A stretch of 64,000 nucleotides of DNA from Yuukianura sp. NJ FZ-2021 (taxonomy: Eukaryota). Below the pieces are notes generated by a model that worked only from the letters and a program-made list of their open reading frames with translations, ran no database searches and was not told the DNA's origin. The translations under genes were made by a program, and so were the position numbers. Where the stretch lies: NCBI GenBank assembly GCA_046563655.1, contig CM102284.1:2046001-2110000 (forward strand), in the 5' to 3' direction. Positions 25,251 to 39,161 of this stretch are shown piece after piece (the first letter of the stretch is position 1; every line of letters starts with the position of its first letter).

Positions 25251-26594
25251 TTGTTGTGGCTATGTTGTGGCTGTGTTGTGGCTATGTTGTGACTATGTTG
25301 TCACTATGTTGTGGCTATGTTGTGGATATGTTGTGGCTATGTTGTCACTATGTTGTCACAATGTTGTGGCTATGTTGTGGATATGTTGTGGCTATGTTGT
25401 CACTATGTTGTGGATATGTTGTGGCTATGTTGTCACTATGTTGTCACAATGTTGTCACTATGTTGTCACAATATTGTGGCTATGTTGTGGATATGTTGTG
25501 GCTATGTTGTCACTATGTTGTGGCTATGCTGTGGCTATGTTGTCACTATGTTGTGGCTATGTTGTGGATATGTTGTCACTATGTTGTGGCTATGTTGTGG
25601 ATATGTTGTGGCTATGTTGTCACTATGTTGTCACTATGTTGTGGCTATGTTGTGGATGTGTTGTGGCTATGTTGTGGATATGTTGTGGCTATGTTGTCAC
25701 TATGTTGTGGCTATGTTGTCACTATGTTGTGGCTATGTTGTGGATATGTTGTGGATATGTTGTGGCTATGTTGTCACTATGTTGTGGCTATGTTGTCACT
25801 ATGTTGTCACTATGTTGTGGCTATGTTGTGGATATGTTGTGACTATGTTGTCACTATGTTGTGGCTATGTTGTGACTATGTTGTGGCTATGTTGTGGATA
25901 TGTTGTGGCTATGTTGTGGCTATGTTGTGGATATGTTGTGGCTATGTTGTCACTATGTTGTGGCTATGTTGTGTATATGTTGTGGCTATGTTGTGGCTAT
26001 GTTGTCACTATGTTGTGGCTATGTTGTGTATATGTTGTGGCTATGTTGTCACTATGTTGTGGCTATGTTGTCACTATGTTGTGTATATGTTGTGGCTATG
26101 TTGTCACTATGTTGTGGCTATGTTGTGGATATGTTGTGGCTATGTTGTCACTATGTTGTGACTATGTTGTCACTATGTTGTGGGTATGTTGTCACTATGT
26201 TGTGGCTATGTTGTGGATATGTTGTGGCTATGTTGTCACTATGTTGTGGCTATGTTGTGGATATGTTGTGGCTATGTTGTCACTATGTTGTGGCTATGTT
26301 GTGGATATGTTGTGGCTATGTTGTCACTATGTTGTGGCTATGTTGTGGCTATGTTGTCACTATGTTGTGGCTATGTTGTGGATATGTTGTGGCTATGTTG
26401 TCACTATGTTGTGGCTATGTTGTGGATATGTTGTGGCTATGTTGTCACTACGTTGTGGATATGTTGTGGCTATGTTGTCACTATGTTGTGGCTATGTTGT
26501 CACTATGTTGTGGCTATGTTGTGTATATGTTGTGGCTATGTTGTCACTATGTTGTGGCTATGTTGTGGATATGTTGTCACTATGTTGTGGTTAT
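25251..26594. repeat. 11-bp satellite TATGTTGT(GGC/CAC/GGA), roughly 120 units
   Basis: Directly visible, with a constant 8-nt core and a variable trinucleotide. Confidence 0.97.
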
Positions 26595-26996
26595 TGTATT
26601 CTCATTGCTTACCGTATTTTGAGCTTTACAAAGTAATTAAAGCAGTGTGTATCTATTTCCCGCGCAGACGTAATAATTGAAAGCACCGCACAGCCGGAAA
26701 CGTTTGTTGTTGTTTTTTTTTCGGAATACTTTGAAAAAGTGGTCTGAAAATTCAGATTCTTGCTGTGGTTTCCTGTTGTTTCTTATCATTTTTTTGAAAG
26801 TACATAATTTTTCAATTAGACCCAAACAGTAACGCTTGGTTGGATTGTTTGAACATTCCAGAAGCTTTTAGTTGATTGGAAGTGTAAATCAAAATATCGA
26901 TTACTTTAGTTCCTGCTTCTATCAGCATCACTCTCTCGACACCGGAATTTTTACTTGATTTGACAATCCAGACTAGCACAGATAACCCAGTTTTCA

Positions 26997-29900
26997 ATGG
27001 ATAAACTAATTCAACCAACGTCAAGCTATGTCTCCATAGACACTGACACTACAAGTGACACAGAGGAGAAACGCAGACAAAGGTCAGATTCACTCTCGTT
27101 TCAAGACAACTTTGAAGTGTTCAACTCTGCCGTTGAAAATGGAGACAAAACGAAATTTAAACTTTTACTCCAAATTTACCCAGAGGAAGATTTTGAAATT
27201 TTGTCATGCAAAAACGAATATGGTCAAAATCTATTGCACATGGTAGCAATTTCAAGTAAGTCAATTTAAAAATTTCGAAAAAAAAAAAGAAGCAAATTGA
27301 AACAGAATTTTTTCGCTGAAAATATAGACAATACTTCTGAAAACTGTGAAACTTTAGTTTTAACTGTCAAGTCTTATCTGAAAAATTTCTGAAAACCCGT
27401 ATATTAGGTGATTGTCCAAACAATGATCGTTTGTTCATCACCGAAATGATTTGCGATCGTTTGAGAAAAGCGCGGGAACCGTTGGAATCTGTTTTACGAT
27501 ACTGTTTGGACGACACCCAAAGTAGCCCGCTTCATTACGCCGCTAAATACAAACGGAAGCCACTGCTGAACTGGTACGTGCGTACGCGTCTACTCGACGG
27601 CATACTAGACGAAAATGTGGACGGAATGTCACCATTTCACTTTCTGGCTGGCGGTAAGGTGTAATGCCAAGGTTATACGTCAACTTCAATGGAATAATTT
27701 TTTATCTAGTTTTGAAAAAATTTTGTAGCGAAAAGTAAGGACTACGTTACTCTGGCTCTGAATATGTGGCAAAGCGTAGAACGGAAAATAGGCCCAATAC
27801 CTACAACAAATTGTACGAAATTTACTCCGCTTCACACGGCGGCAAAAGATGGCCTCCTTGAAATGCTGCAGTTTTTAGTAGAACGTGCTCACTTTTCGCC
27901 CAATACTTTCAGTCTTGATGGAGAAGACACTGGACTTTATCCTATTCACTATGCAATCAAATATTGCGGTAAAATTTAAAAAAAATGTTTTCAAAAAGTA
28001 CGCTAACAACACTACTGAATTTATCAGTAATTTACTTTTCCTCAATTGTGAAGACGATGAAAGTCCGATTTCTTTGTTGAGAGTCAAGTACCTTCTGGAA
28101 CAAACAAATCCAGAATTCTACAGCACACATAATTCAAATGACAGTCCAATTCATTTGGCAGCTAAATATGGAAAGCCGAATATTCTCAAATACTTGCTAA
28201 GTATTGACGAAAGCACAAGTAAATGTAAAATATAAATTTATTTTACATCACAAATATGCTAAGAAGTCGAATATTTTACTATTCTTTGTGCTTTATGTTA
28301 TAATATAATAATAATAAATGAAATATGTAATGTAATATATTTTATATACAACGTGGTATAATCTATATATTGCTGTTTTTTTTGCCTGGATAGGGGTTGG
28401 AGATTTCAGTTTCCGAGGTCAGCTGTTTTTCATGCCCACAACACTCAACGTACATCAGCGAACATGCCTTCATGTCATCCCTAATGAGAGTAAGACAAAT
28501 TGTTTACGATACAGCGTATGCTAAATATATAATACAATGTTCATTCAGTTGTGGGTTAACGTTCAGCAATTTCAGAGAAGTGCGTAGAGTGCGTTCAGAT
28601 CATTTTGGGACAGCCTCACTTAGGCTACGCCCGTTACCGAGAAGAGTTTGTGATGCGACTAGACTCTTTCGGAAAAAGTGCACTCGACTACGCAGCAGGA
28701 TTTGAAGCCGTCGAAATTTGCCGCGAAATATTGAGAATGCTCAAATGTGACGTTGCCTCCAAATGGTAAGCTCGATTTCAGCTGTAACGTCCAATACGCA
28801 GAGTTACTTACTCATTTTACCATAATACGTTGGGATGTCTACATTAATAGCTATTCCATGATATACTCCAATTTTGTAAGGTTGATCCATGACAAACTGT
28901 CTCTTCTATACGAACGTGTTCCGGATGCCCTAATACCAGTGTTTGAGAGCTGCTTGACACGAAAGAACGTATTACGGAGACGCGAGTATTTCATAACTGG
29001 TGACCTTGCACCGATACTTGGTGAGCGGAGATACAATGACCCCAAGGCCATGCAGAAACCAGAGTCCTACTACCTTCAGAAAATCAACGCCCTTGATAGT
29101 AAGCTCAGAAACAAAGTTCTGAGAAACGCGCTAGTAGAAAAATTTATCCAACAAAAATTCGCCGTCATCAGCAACTTCCTACTGGCAGGATGTATCTTCC
29201 AGGTATAACAGATATTTTAGAATACATATTTGGCGGTAAGGTAATGTTTGTTTTACACAAACTCTGTCAAAGATCACGTACATCATTTTCTACACGGCAC
29301 TTGCGTATCTTTCATTTGAGAAATGTGGCAGAGCGGAAGAAAACGACGGTGTAACTCCTAGCATTTCTCAAACTGACGAAGGTTTAATTTTTAAAAAAAA
29401 TTTTTTTGAATACATCACATTCAACAAATTGCTGTATTTATTTTCAGACCGAGCACCCACCCCTCATCACTGTGAAGATTTGGATTTTTCTGAGAAAGGT
29501 TTCGGAGTGATCGTTTTGGTTTGTGCAAAGATTCTGCTAGCAAAAGAATTTTATCAGTTGGTTAGGAGCAAAACGTGGCAGTTGCATTTTCGCCAATATT
29601 CAAACTGGATGCAACTCCTTTTTACCGTAGTTACGCTAACTACTACGCTCTCCTTCATCACGGACAATAGAGACAATGTCATGGAATACAACTTTCACAG
29701 AATCCTTACAGTGGTGAGCAGCAAATTTAAAAACAAAATTTTTCTTTTGGTTTTACTTGTTCCAAAAAATATAAGCTAAATTTGACAAAGCTATGAAAAA
29801 TTTTCACAGGGGTTATGTAAATTGTTATTGTTGTTTTCAAGTGTGGAGTCCTACTTGGAGGAATTTTGAGTCTGTACGAGTTTAAAAAGATTTCAAAATT

Positions 29901-30842
29901 TGGAGAGTTTTCAAGAATTTTTTGGAAGGTAAATTCATTAATGAATTTAACCTAATTAGGTGTTTCCAGCAAAATTTGAGTTTAGAGCATTTAGTTTAGA
30001 GTTTGAGTTTACATTTTTGAAAAAGGTGGCCAAAAAATCTGCTCTACTATTTGCGTACTACTGCATGCTCATTTTCGCCTTCATGGTGTCTTTTCGAATC
30101 CTAACGCCAGAAGTAATCATTTTATACATTAGTTATTATATTTTTTTTTCTAAGCTCATGTTATGCAAATTTACATTACGCAAGCTAAATTATATGCTTA
30201 ATTTTTTAGAAAGGTGATTTTTTGCTGCCATTTGGTTTGGTAAAAGTGATTGCGATGATGGTGGGAGAATATGAATTTGACGGAAATTTTGAACGGAGTG
30301 GAACATCCACAGATTACCTCATCTTTGGAAAACTCGTTGTCTTCACGTTGTTCATCTTTGTGGCGGCAATTGTTGGGTTGAATCTGCTCATTGGGTTGGC
30401 TGTAGAAGACATTCAGGTGGAACATTTCAAAAGTTCAAAATTCAAAATTTTGGTTTTTAATATTTTTTGTTTTGAAACATTCTGTACTTTACAGGCCCTG
30501 AAAGCGGATGCTCATACTGAAATTTTGGCAACACAGTTAGAGCAAATTTACATGACAGAAAAATTTATAATTTCGCTCCGTCCTTTCATTGGCACAAAAT
30601 CCTTTGAACGGATTCTCAACAGAACAAATCTTATTATCAAGTAAAAAATTCTTTGAAAAAAAAATTGAAAACCGTAATATTTTGTAATTTCAAATTTCTT
30701 TTTTGTGTTTTTTTCTGTTTTGTACTTTAGTAACAACCATGAACATAGTCGGAGGTTTTACTACACTACATTTGAATTCCCAGTACCCAGTGACATGCCA
30801 CCAGATAAGATTAAAAAGCTAACACCACAGCTCAGTTTCTAA
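26997..30842 (+). CDS. Ankyrin-repeat TRPA-family cation channel (divergent; pyrexia/water-witch/painless-like), multi-exon
   Basis: Ankyrin motifs (SPLHYAAKY, TPLHTAAKDG, YPIHYAIKY, SPIHLAAKYG), TM segments, pore helix 'VIAMMVGEYEF', and S6/post-S6 'IVGLNLLIGLAVEDIQAL'. The last exon ends in TAA at 30842. Confidence 0.85.
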
Positions 30843-32119
30843 ACGTAACTAGAAATATTAAGTTATTAAAAAAACATAAAAATTGTTATGGTAGTTTTAC
30901 CTTAATTGTAAATACTAAAAATATTAATTTTTCATGTTTGAAAACTCCGCGTATGTGCGCGTACGTATGTGTACATGTATTTTCTATTGTCTGATGGGGT
31001 TAACTTTTCAATGAATCAACACACGCAAAAAGAAGGCTTTTTGACACACTTTCTCTTGCCCTCTTCATTCTACAAACAAACACTAAACAAACTGCATCTA
31101 CTCATTTTCACTCCTTCACAAGTTCCGTTATTCGCAAATCTCGACACATCTCTTACTTATTCCATCCAATCGGCTTCTGTCGTCACATAAAATTTTATGA
31201 AACAAAAACTTCTTTTTAAGAGAAAATATTGTAGAAAATTAAAAAAAAATAGAAAGGAAATTGGACCAAAAAATTAAATCATGCAGAAATTAACTCGACA
31301 TTTTCTCTTAAATTAGGAAATTGAAAACTTTTCATTTGTTTCAATTTTTTGCTAATTTTTTTTGAATGTGTTGAATTACTTTTTTCTTTGGCAAGCATAA
31401 AATCTTGATGTTAGGCTCCACGGTCATGGTCGTGGCGTAACTAATTGTAGCCTTCATCCACTTAACAAATTAACATCAAACATTACCTTCGCACTTGACC
31501 TCGTTCAATTAAAGATAAACCAAAGATTAATACAATGTTCAGCAATTGATAAATTGTTCTAAAAATGATTAATTAATGAAATAATTAATGCAGAAAACCT
31601 GCTACCACCTAATTAATTTAAGAAAACTTGCTGAAATTTTTCATTTTTAGGGCAACTTAAACGTTGTTTAAGAAATTTCAAAATTTCAACACCAGGATTT
31701 TTTATACCAAAGATTGAAAAATAGCATGAACTTTTGGAGGCACATTGTTGACACTTCGGAAACGCCTAGTAAGTCCCCTTGTCGTTAATTTTGCAAGTCA
31801 CTGCAGAAAATGCAGTTGGAGTTCGGCTTATGCGTCACAAAAAGTGGAAGTGACTCTGAAAGTGAGAAGCACCCAGAGGGTCATTTCTTACTTCATTGCA
31901 AATTGCAATCTCAATTCGCAACAAGAGTGAAAGTTTTGACTCCTCTCCATTAAGATCCGTATCGTAAGATGTACATGCTCTTCATCCAAAGCCCAAATAC
32001 CACCAACAAATTTAGTCTTGAACGTGTTCACTTCAAGTGGCCATGAATCGAAAGTTAAAATTCTTAAGACAATAGCACCTAAGCTATTGTCCTAAATAAG
32101 TTTCTCAAGTTGCCCCAAA

Positions 32120-35100
32120 ATGAATTTGTGGAGAAACGTCTCCCTGGTCACGGTCCTCCTCTTGTTCCAGTGTACAGTGAGTTCCGATGGGTTTCTCCTT
32201 GCACTATTAGTGAAGATCATTGCTCTCAAGGGGGCGCTGTTCATCGGGACCCCGATAGCCCTTGGCTCATTTGTGGTAGGACAAGGGCTGGGCTTTTTGG
32301 CCGGAAATTTGGCGGGAGGTTACGCCGTGCTCAAATCTGCTCAAAAGTATCATGAAAAAGAAAAGACAAAGTGGCAACAAAATGTCAAAGGTCATGGATG
32401 GGGGTGGCAAAGCCAAAAATATTCAAAAGGTTACAAGAAAGGTTACGGCGTGGGAAATGCCATTGCAGAGTTCGTCAACTACGTGAAGACTAAGCCTAGT
32501 CACCATGATTACCATGACGATGGTTACGGCTATGGTTACCCTAGTTACAGTTATGGTTACCCACAACATTCTTCTAGTTACGGTACACCACATGACTCAT
32601 ATGGCGTTCCAGTTGGAGGTTACAGTCGTTTCGACGTCCCAATTGCTGCAATATCGCATGCCGCAATGGGATCGTATACAGAGCAGCCGTCTTTACTCGA
32701 CCGACTCACGAGCAAACTTCCATCATTTTTAGGCGGGAAATCCAAAGGTGATCAACATCCAACTTATGTTCCTGCTCCGGGATTCGTTCCCATGCCTGAC
32801 TACTACAGTCCAAGCCCTTACTCCACTGGGCCAGAGTCTGCTTACTATGACTATGGGATGATGTACGCTCCTGTGCATCCTATGGAAATGTACTATCCGC
32901 AAACCGGAGGAGGGCACGTTCCACAGCAGAGTTTTGCACCGCCTCAAGACTCTTATGGAATTCCTCCAGCACATGCTCCGCCACAGGACTCGTATGGTGC
33001 TCCCCCAGTACATGCACCACCACAAGTACATTCTTATACTCCACCGTCAACTTCTTACCTTCCAATACAAAGCAAAGAACCTGAAAAATTATTTGAAGAC
33101 AGCGAGTACACTTACTCATCATCACCTTACGCCAAACCAAAACCGAAGCGCCCTCTACAGCCAATCAGCCATCAAGATATGTATCCTGGAGAGGCAGCGT
33201 CGTATGATGGGCCGGCCAAGGAATACACTGGTAAATTTTTAGCACACAATAGCATTCAAATTTTGAAAAGAAAAAAAATGTTTTATTTGGTTCAGTTTGC
33301 TTTCGAAATTTCACAAAAGTGTAAACATAAAAGGATACATGGGAAGAATTTACTTGCTTCAAACCTAAAAATATGAAATGGCAAATTCTGTAACTTTTGA
33401 AAATTTTGAAATTTCTAAGCTTGAAATTTTTAGGTGTGATGACCGACATCTACCAGTCGATTCAAAACATGAAAAGAAAGCCCTACGGTGGGAAACCTCT
33501 TGGTCCACCAATGGGAATGGATGAATTTCAACTTTCTGTTTCAGAAGACTACGCAAGTCCAAGCGACAAAGATGAACAAATACTTGACTTGGCTTCATCG
33601 CTACACAATGCACAACGGCGCAAAGACACCGCCAAACCCAAACTGACACCAAACTACATCATGGAAAAATATTTAGAAAAAAAGTTAAAAGAAAAGGCTG
33701 AAAAAGCCAAAGATGAGCAACAACGAAAAGAAGTGAAGCAAATCATTTCGCTTCTACGCAAAGCCTATTTGCAACAACTAGCTGAATCTATGATATCAGA
33801 AAACGATGATGAAGTAGAAAACGACACAGAGGCTCCGAGTGCTGCCGAACCAACTTCTCCGAGTCCTTCCGATGACAAGGCCAAATTTGTTCCGTTTGTT
33901 ACAATGTCTCCCAACAATCGTTTTAAACGAGAGGAAATGGAAACGAGTTCTGAAAATCCCGCCAATAACAATCCACTTTTGAATTTAAGTTCAGACCAAT
34001 TGGAACAAGTCAAAATGCTCTACTCCTTCATGGAAGAAATCAAACAGTTTTTTACACTTGTTTCTGTGCTGGATGAAGATACTTGTTTACAGAAAATGGT
34101 CTGTGACGTTCACGCGCAGAAAGCTGCAGGTCAAGAGGCAACCTCTAGCAACTACGTTTCCAACATGATTTCAACTTTTGCGTGAGAAGAAAAACGAAAA
34201 TTTTTTTGTTAAATATACAGAAAATATGGAATTTAATGAAAATTTCCCAATCCCACTAACCAATAGCCATAAAATTTCAAAATTTACATTTTTGTTGCAT
34301 AAATGTACATTTTGAAAGGAGTGGTCGTGATTATCGAAATTGAAAATTTATGTCTCAGTTGGCGAGTGGAAAATTCACTTGAGTTAGAGACTTTCCCTTT
34401 CATTGGACTCAAAAACCTGTTGATTTGATAATTCAAGAATAGTTACTCCCTTCATTTCAAAGATTCTGAGTCAGTATGACGTTTTTGTTGATCTTGCACT
34501 TGAAGTCAAGATTTCTATCATTTGGGTGTCTAACAAAGGAGAAAGTTTTCGACAAAACGACAAGTTTTTGTTTGTGTCTGGCGGGAAAATTTAAAAATGA
34601 AAAAGGACGTAGCCGAAATGAAACTTCTTTTGAAACATCACAATCACAACTACAAAATGAACAACGTTTTCTTTAGCTTTTTCTTTAAACTTCAAAAAAA
34701 CTAACAAAAAAAAATTAAACTTTTTTTTAGAATCATGGATGTGCTGGTACCTTTTGACCCTTCAGCACCAGAAGACAGCACAACTAAATATCGCTTAGCA
34801 GCTAAAATTGGAGGCATCGGTGCTTCATCGGAAGTATGTAAAAGTTACTATTCTACGTGCGCCTACACATCAGAAGAAATTATTAACCTTGGTACACAAG
34901 TTGCAGCAACAACTGAACCACCACCTCAACAACAACAACCCCAACAACAGTCGCAGCAACAACAGCAACTACAATCACAACAGCACCAATCGCAACTACA
35001 ATCGCAGCAACAACAGCAACTTCAACAAACTGTATTCGAAGAATCAGAGGAATTTCCGACCACCGCTCCTTCGCCTGCATTCGGAGACAGAATACAGCGG

Positions 35101-35139
35101 ACGCTGGAAGATCCAGAACTGAGCATGCCAAAAGTTTAG
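32120..35139 (+). CDS. Secreted Tyr/Gly/Pro-rich protein with a DM4/DM12-like Cys domain and poly-Q tail (exons 32120-33230, 33434-34181, 34731-35139)
   Basis: Signal peptide; DSYGAPP-type cuticular repeats; 'TCLQKMVCD...YRLAAKIG...CKSYYSTC' pattern; in-frame splice joins. Confidence 0.7.
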
Positions 35140-35527
35140 AAGTTTGCGCTGCCAAATCACAGCTCGGCCAAACATTTGAAGTTTTCAGGAAGGCTCACAA
35201 ATACGCCGTATTTAATCTAATTTAAATTGTTAATGTTGTTGGAATTTAAAAACTTAGACAAAAAGTTAAATGTTTCATGCAAACATACACCACACCAATG
35301 TTAAACTTCTGTTAACATAAACTTACATTTATGTAAACGTGTTTATACAGAAAAGTTGTTGAAAATGAGGGCAGAAGGGTTTTCAAAACGGCTCACGCGC
35401 AGCTTCTACTGAACGGGGGCTAATCCAAGCGATTGGAAGAGAATGGAGCTAAATGAAAAACAAATAAATAAATTAATAATATATAAATCGATTAATTACT
35501 AATTATTTTTTCATTAGTATATTATAC

Positions 35528-38230
35528 TTACTCAAGCGATGTATTCTGATCAAGTGTGCCCTGACGGTGGAGCCCGTTGCCATTGTAGCGAATTGGAAAT
35601 GTCAAATGTGTTGGCGGGAGAACCGTATGTAAATTTTTGGTGGCACCGTACTGATTCTGATTCGAAGTAGAACCGTAGTTTGGGGCACTGTGAGAAGCGT
35701 AATTTGAATTTTGCGGGGACGTGTATTTTGGTTGGCGGTAAAAATTGTTAGGATTTTGAGGCTGAGTGAATTTTGAAATTTGATTGGTATTGCTAGTCAC
35801 CGGGGAAAAATACTGTGATTGTTGAGAAGATCCGCTACTGTAACTTCCATAATTTGAATTTGGCGGGACGTTGTTGAGGTATCCTCCATAATTCGAATTT
35901 TGCACAGGAGAATTGGGGGAAAGGCCATATGATGAAGGATTGTTGGAATACCCGCCATAGTTTGAACTTGGAGCAGCTGTGTTTGGATACCCGCCGTAAT
36001 TCGACTGTGCAGAAGTAGCGGTACCGTAGCCACCGTAATTTGAAGGTGGCTGAGCGGCGGTACCACTATAGCCACCGTAATTTGAAGGTGGCTGAGCGAC
36101 GGTACCACCATAGCCACCGTAATTTGAAGGTGGCTGAGCGACGGTACCACCATAGCCACCATTATTTGAAGGTGGCTGAGCGACGGTACCACCATAGCCA
36201 CCATTATTTGAAGGTGGCTGAGCGACGGTACCACCGTAGCCACCATAACTTGAAGGAGGCTGAGATGCGGTACTGTAGCCACCATGATTTGAAGGTGGCA
36301 ACACTCCGTAAGGTTCTGGTTGTGGGAGGTACTGGTTTTGCCAGGGCGGTTTCGTTGGATATGACGGCGGTAGGTAACCATAGCCTGGTTTCGGTGGCTC
36401 CAGCTGACTTCCTGGTAAGGTACCTTCTTCACATTCCTTCGGCGGGTCCGGGTACCCTCCCGGTAAAACTTCTTCAGTCGGATTAACGGGAGGAAGGTAC
36501 TGTGTCGGTTCGGTAGTCAGTTCTTGCCCTGCCGGTAAAATTTCTTCTTCGTCTTCATCTGGCGGTAAGTACTCATCGCCTGGACCTGGTTCCGGTTCCT
36601 GCCCGCCCGAAAAAACTTCGTCTTCTTCTTCATTTGGTGGAAGGTACTCGTCTGGCGGCTGAGTTGGATACTGACCCGCCGGTAAAATTTCCTCTTCGGA
36701 TTCGTCTGGTTGCGGTTGAGGTGCAATCGTCGGTTTTGGATATTTGTACGGTTTCTTTGTCGGTTTGGTTGGAAACTGACCTCCCGGTAAAACTCCCTCT
36801 TCGCTTTCCTCTGCTTCCGGATAAGGCGCACTCGTCGGTTTTGGTGTTGGCTTCGGATATCTGTACGGTTTTCGTGTCGGTTTCGTAGGAAATTGCCCTC
36901 CCGGTAAAACTTCCTGCTCAGATTCATCCGGTAGAGGAGTCGTTGTAGTAACCTTGTATCGGATAAAGAAAACGTCTGGTTTTTCCGTCGGAGTTCGAGC
37001 TGGAAGTGGGACGGTAATGTTTGGCCGGTCTTCCGGTTTTTTCGCAACGACGTAAATAAGCGTTTTCTGTTCCGGTGCAGGTTGTAGTTGCGGAAAATTT
37101 GGAATAATTGGGGGTTCCGGTTCTGGTGCTTTGATAAAAATTACTTTGTATTCTTTCTTTGGTGGAAGTGGCGGTTTCGGTTGATACGGTTTCGGCCGAC
37201 TCGGGGCAAACTGTTTCGGTGGTTCGTAGAAAAACAGTTCGCGGGAAACTTCTTGTTTCGGTGTTACCGGAAACTGCCCGCCCGGTAAAACAGCTTCCTC
37301 GTCTTCATCCGGTCTAAACATTGACGGATTTTCAACGGCCGGGTACTGTTCATACACCGGTTTCTTTAATTTCGGCCGTTTGTTCGGTAATTTTGCAGGC
37401 GAATGTGGTAACTTCCCATGAGGCGCAGTATATGGTCTCGCCGGCTTCTTTGCTACCGGATACGGTGGCGGTCTCGGCGGTACCAACTTTTTGGGTGGAA
37501 TTGGCCCACCCTTTGGCGGCTTATACAATGGTCGCGTAGGTTGTTTAGCTTTCAGCTTTTGCGCTTTTACATGTTTCGGCTTGAGTGCAAAAAACGTTCT
37601 GGGCATGCGCGGAGTCCTTGACGTTCCATTTTCACTACTTTCTGATTCGTTCTCAAAGAGCCAATCATGGATCGACGGAAACTTATTTTTTAGTTTGTTC
37701 ATGAATCCAACAGATGCAACTGCTTCTGACGATTCTTTGGTTGTGGCCGTTTCCTCTTCTGACTCGTGCTGATACTCTTCAAAACTTGGTGGTTCCGAAG
37801 TTGTCGTTTGAATTGGGCGCCGCTTTGTTTTGACCTTTGACAGTTTGGATTGTTGTTGTTTGTGTCCACTGAAGGGAGTTGTTTCTTCTACACTTTCTGG
37901 AAATATCATTGGACCAAGTGACACTTGGAGCGATAGCTTCGTACGCTGTTTTTTATTGCGACCAGACAAACCGAAAAAGTCTGTCCTACGTGTAAAGGAT
38001 CTTCGAATTGCATTGGTCACTGGAGGTGATGGTGTGGTTCGACTTGAGAAAAAATATGGAAACATCGTTGACAGCGTTGCCAATGCAGATGACACAAAGG
38101 TCAACATGCACAGTATCTGAAAAAAAATTATGACAACGTAAAAAAAATATGTAAAAAAGAAGTCTACACTTTTTCCTATGAAAACTCTAAACTGTAATTT
38201 GGCAAATTAACTTACCAAAATAAGTCGCAT
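35528..38230 (-). CDS. Tweedle-family (DUF243) cuticular protein with long repetitive extensions (exons 38230-38216, 38116-35528)
   Basis: Signal peptide MRLILILCMLTFVSSALA and the DUF243 blocks 'LFFYEPP', 'KEYKVIFIKAP', 'EQKTLIYVVAKKP' and 'KPDVFFIRYK'. Confidence 0.88.
36030..36300 (-). repeat. 42-bp coding minisatellite (QPPSNYGGYGGTVA)n inside the Tweedle gene
   Basis: About six tandem units are visible in both DNA and protein. Confidence 0.9.
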
Positions 38231-39161
38231 TTTTTCTCTAATTCTTGTCAGGAATTCTAACCCAGAATTTCAAAAAAAAAAAAAAAAGTTGGGTGAAATC
38301 TAGAACATGATTTTTGGAAAATTTGCAAAGGTTTTGTGCATTTAGTTAATTTTAGCCTTCCCCGAGGCGTTGCTACTTCTGAACAGTGTCGCAGTTAAAC
38401 TGAAACTGAAATTAAGTAAACTTTTTTTTAAACTAAAGAAAACAGAAAGTTAATTACTAAAAGTCTTTTGTTTTAATGTTGTAAAATCATTGAATAAATT
38501 CCCTACCTGATTAATTTGTCATTTGGTTTTAAGTTATTTTGTATCTACCAATTTTCAATTTTTAGAAATTCTTTTTACTTAATTTGCACACAATGCTTTT
38601 GCAATGCCTCATCTCATCATGCAAGATGTGAAAGTGATTGTGACATGTTTGAATTTGAAATTAAAATTGAATTAGACAATTTTCATTAGAAATCGAACTG
38701 AAGAAAGCGGAATTTGTTGAGAGTATTGCCCTTTCCCAATTAGTAATCAACTCATGGCCTGCTTTCTATTAAAAAAAACGCAAAATGAATTTGAAGTAAT
38801 ACCATGTTTGAAAAAAAAATCTATTTTTTTTTTCAAAATTCTACTTCAAATAAGTAACGCTGTGCATCTGCAAGCGCAGCACTGGTGTCACTTATTTTAT
38901 TCAGTACTAGAATGAACTTACCAGTCAATAGAAAAACAGCCTTTTGTTTAACAATTGGTGAAGATGTTTGAGCCTCTAGGAACTTTAACTATGAAAAGTC
39001 GTCAGGGAAGTTAAAAAAATTAAAACTTAAGAGTCAATTACCGGTTCGATTACCGATAGTATTAAAATTAGACGCAATAGCAATTGCTATTAGCAATGCA
39101 TGGTATTGGTGCACCTAGTGCACCAATCAGATTACATCTATAAAAAATCAAGGAATCACAA

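Noticed and set aside
25251-26594. CRISPR-like array (constant core plus variable part)
   Set aside because: The variable part is only 3 nt with a few recurring states. There are no unique spacers or cas genes, and the context is eukaryotic.
25201-26680. Long Cys/Val/Met-rich ORFs (213-441 aa) in three frames
   Set aside because: These are artefacts of an 11-bp satellite nearly free of stop codons. All frames give the same periodic peptide.
36040-37772. Plus-strand ORFs overlapping the Tweedle gene
   Set aside because: These are antisense shadows of a repetitive coding sequence with no independent protein features.
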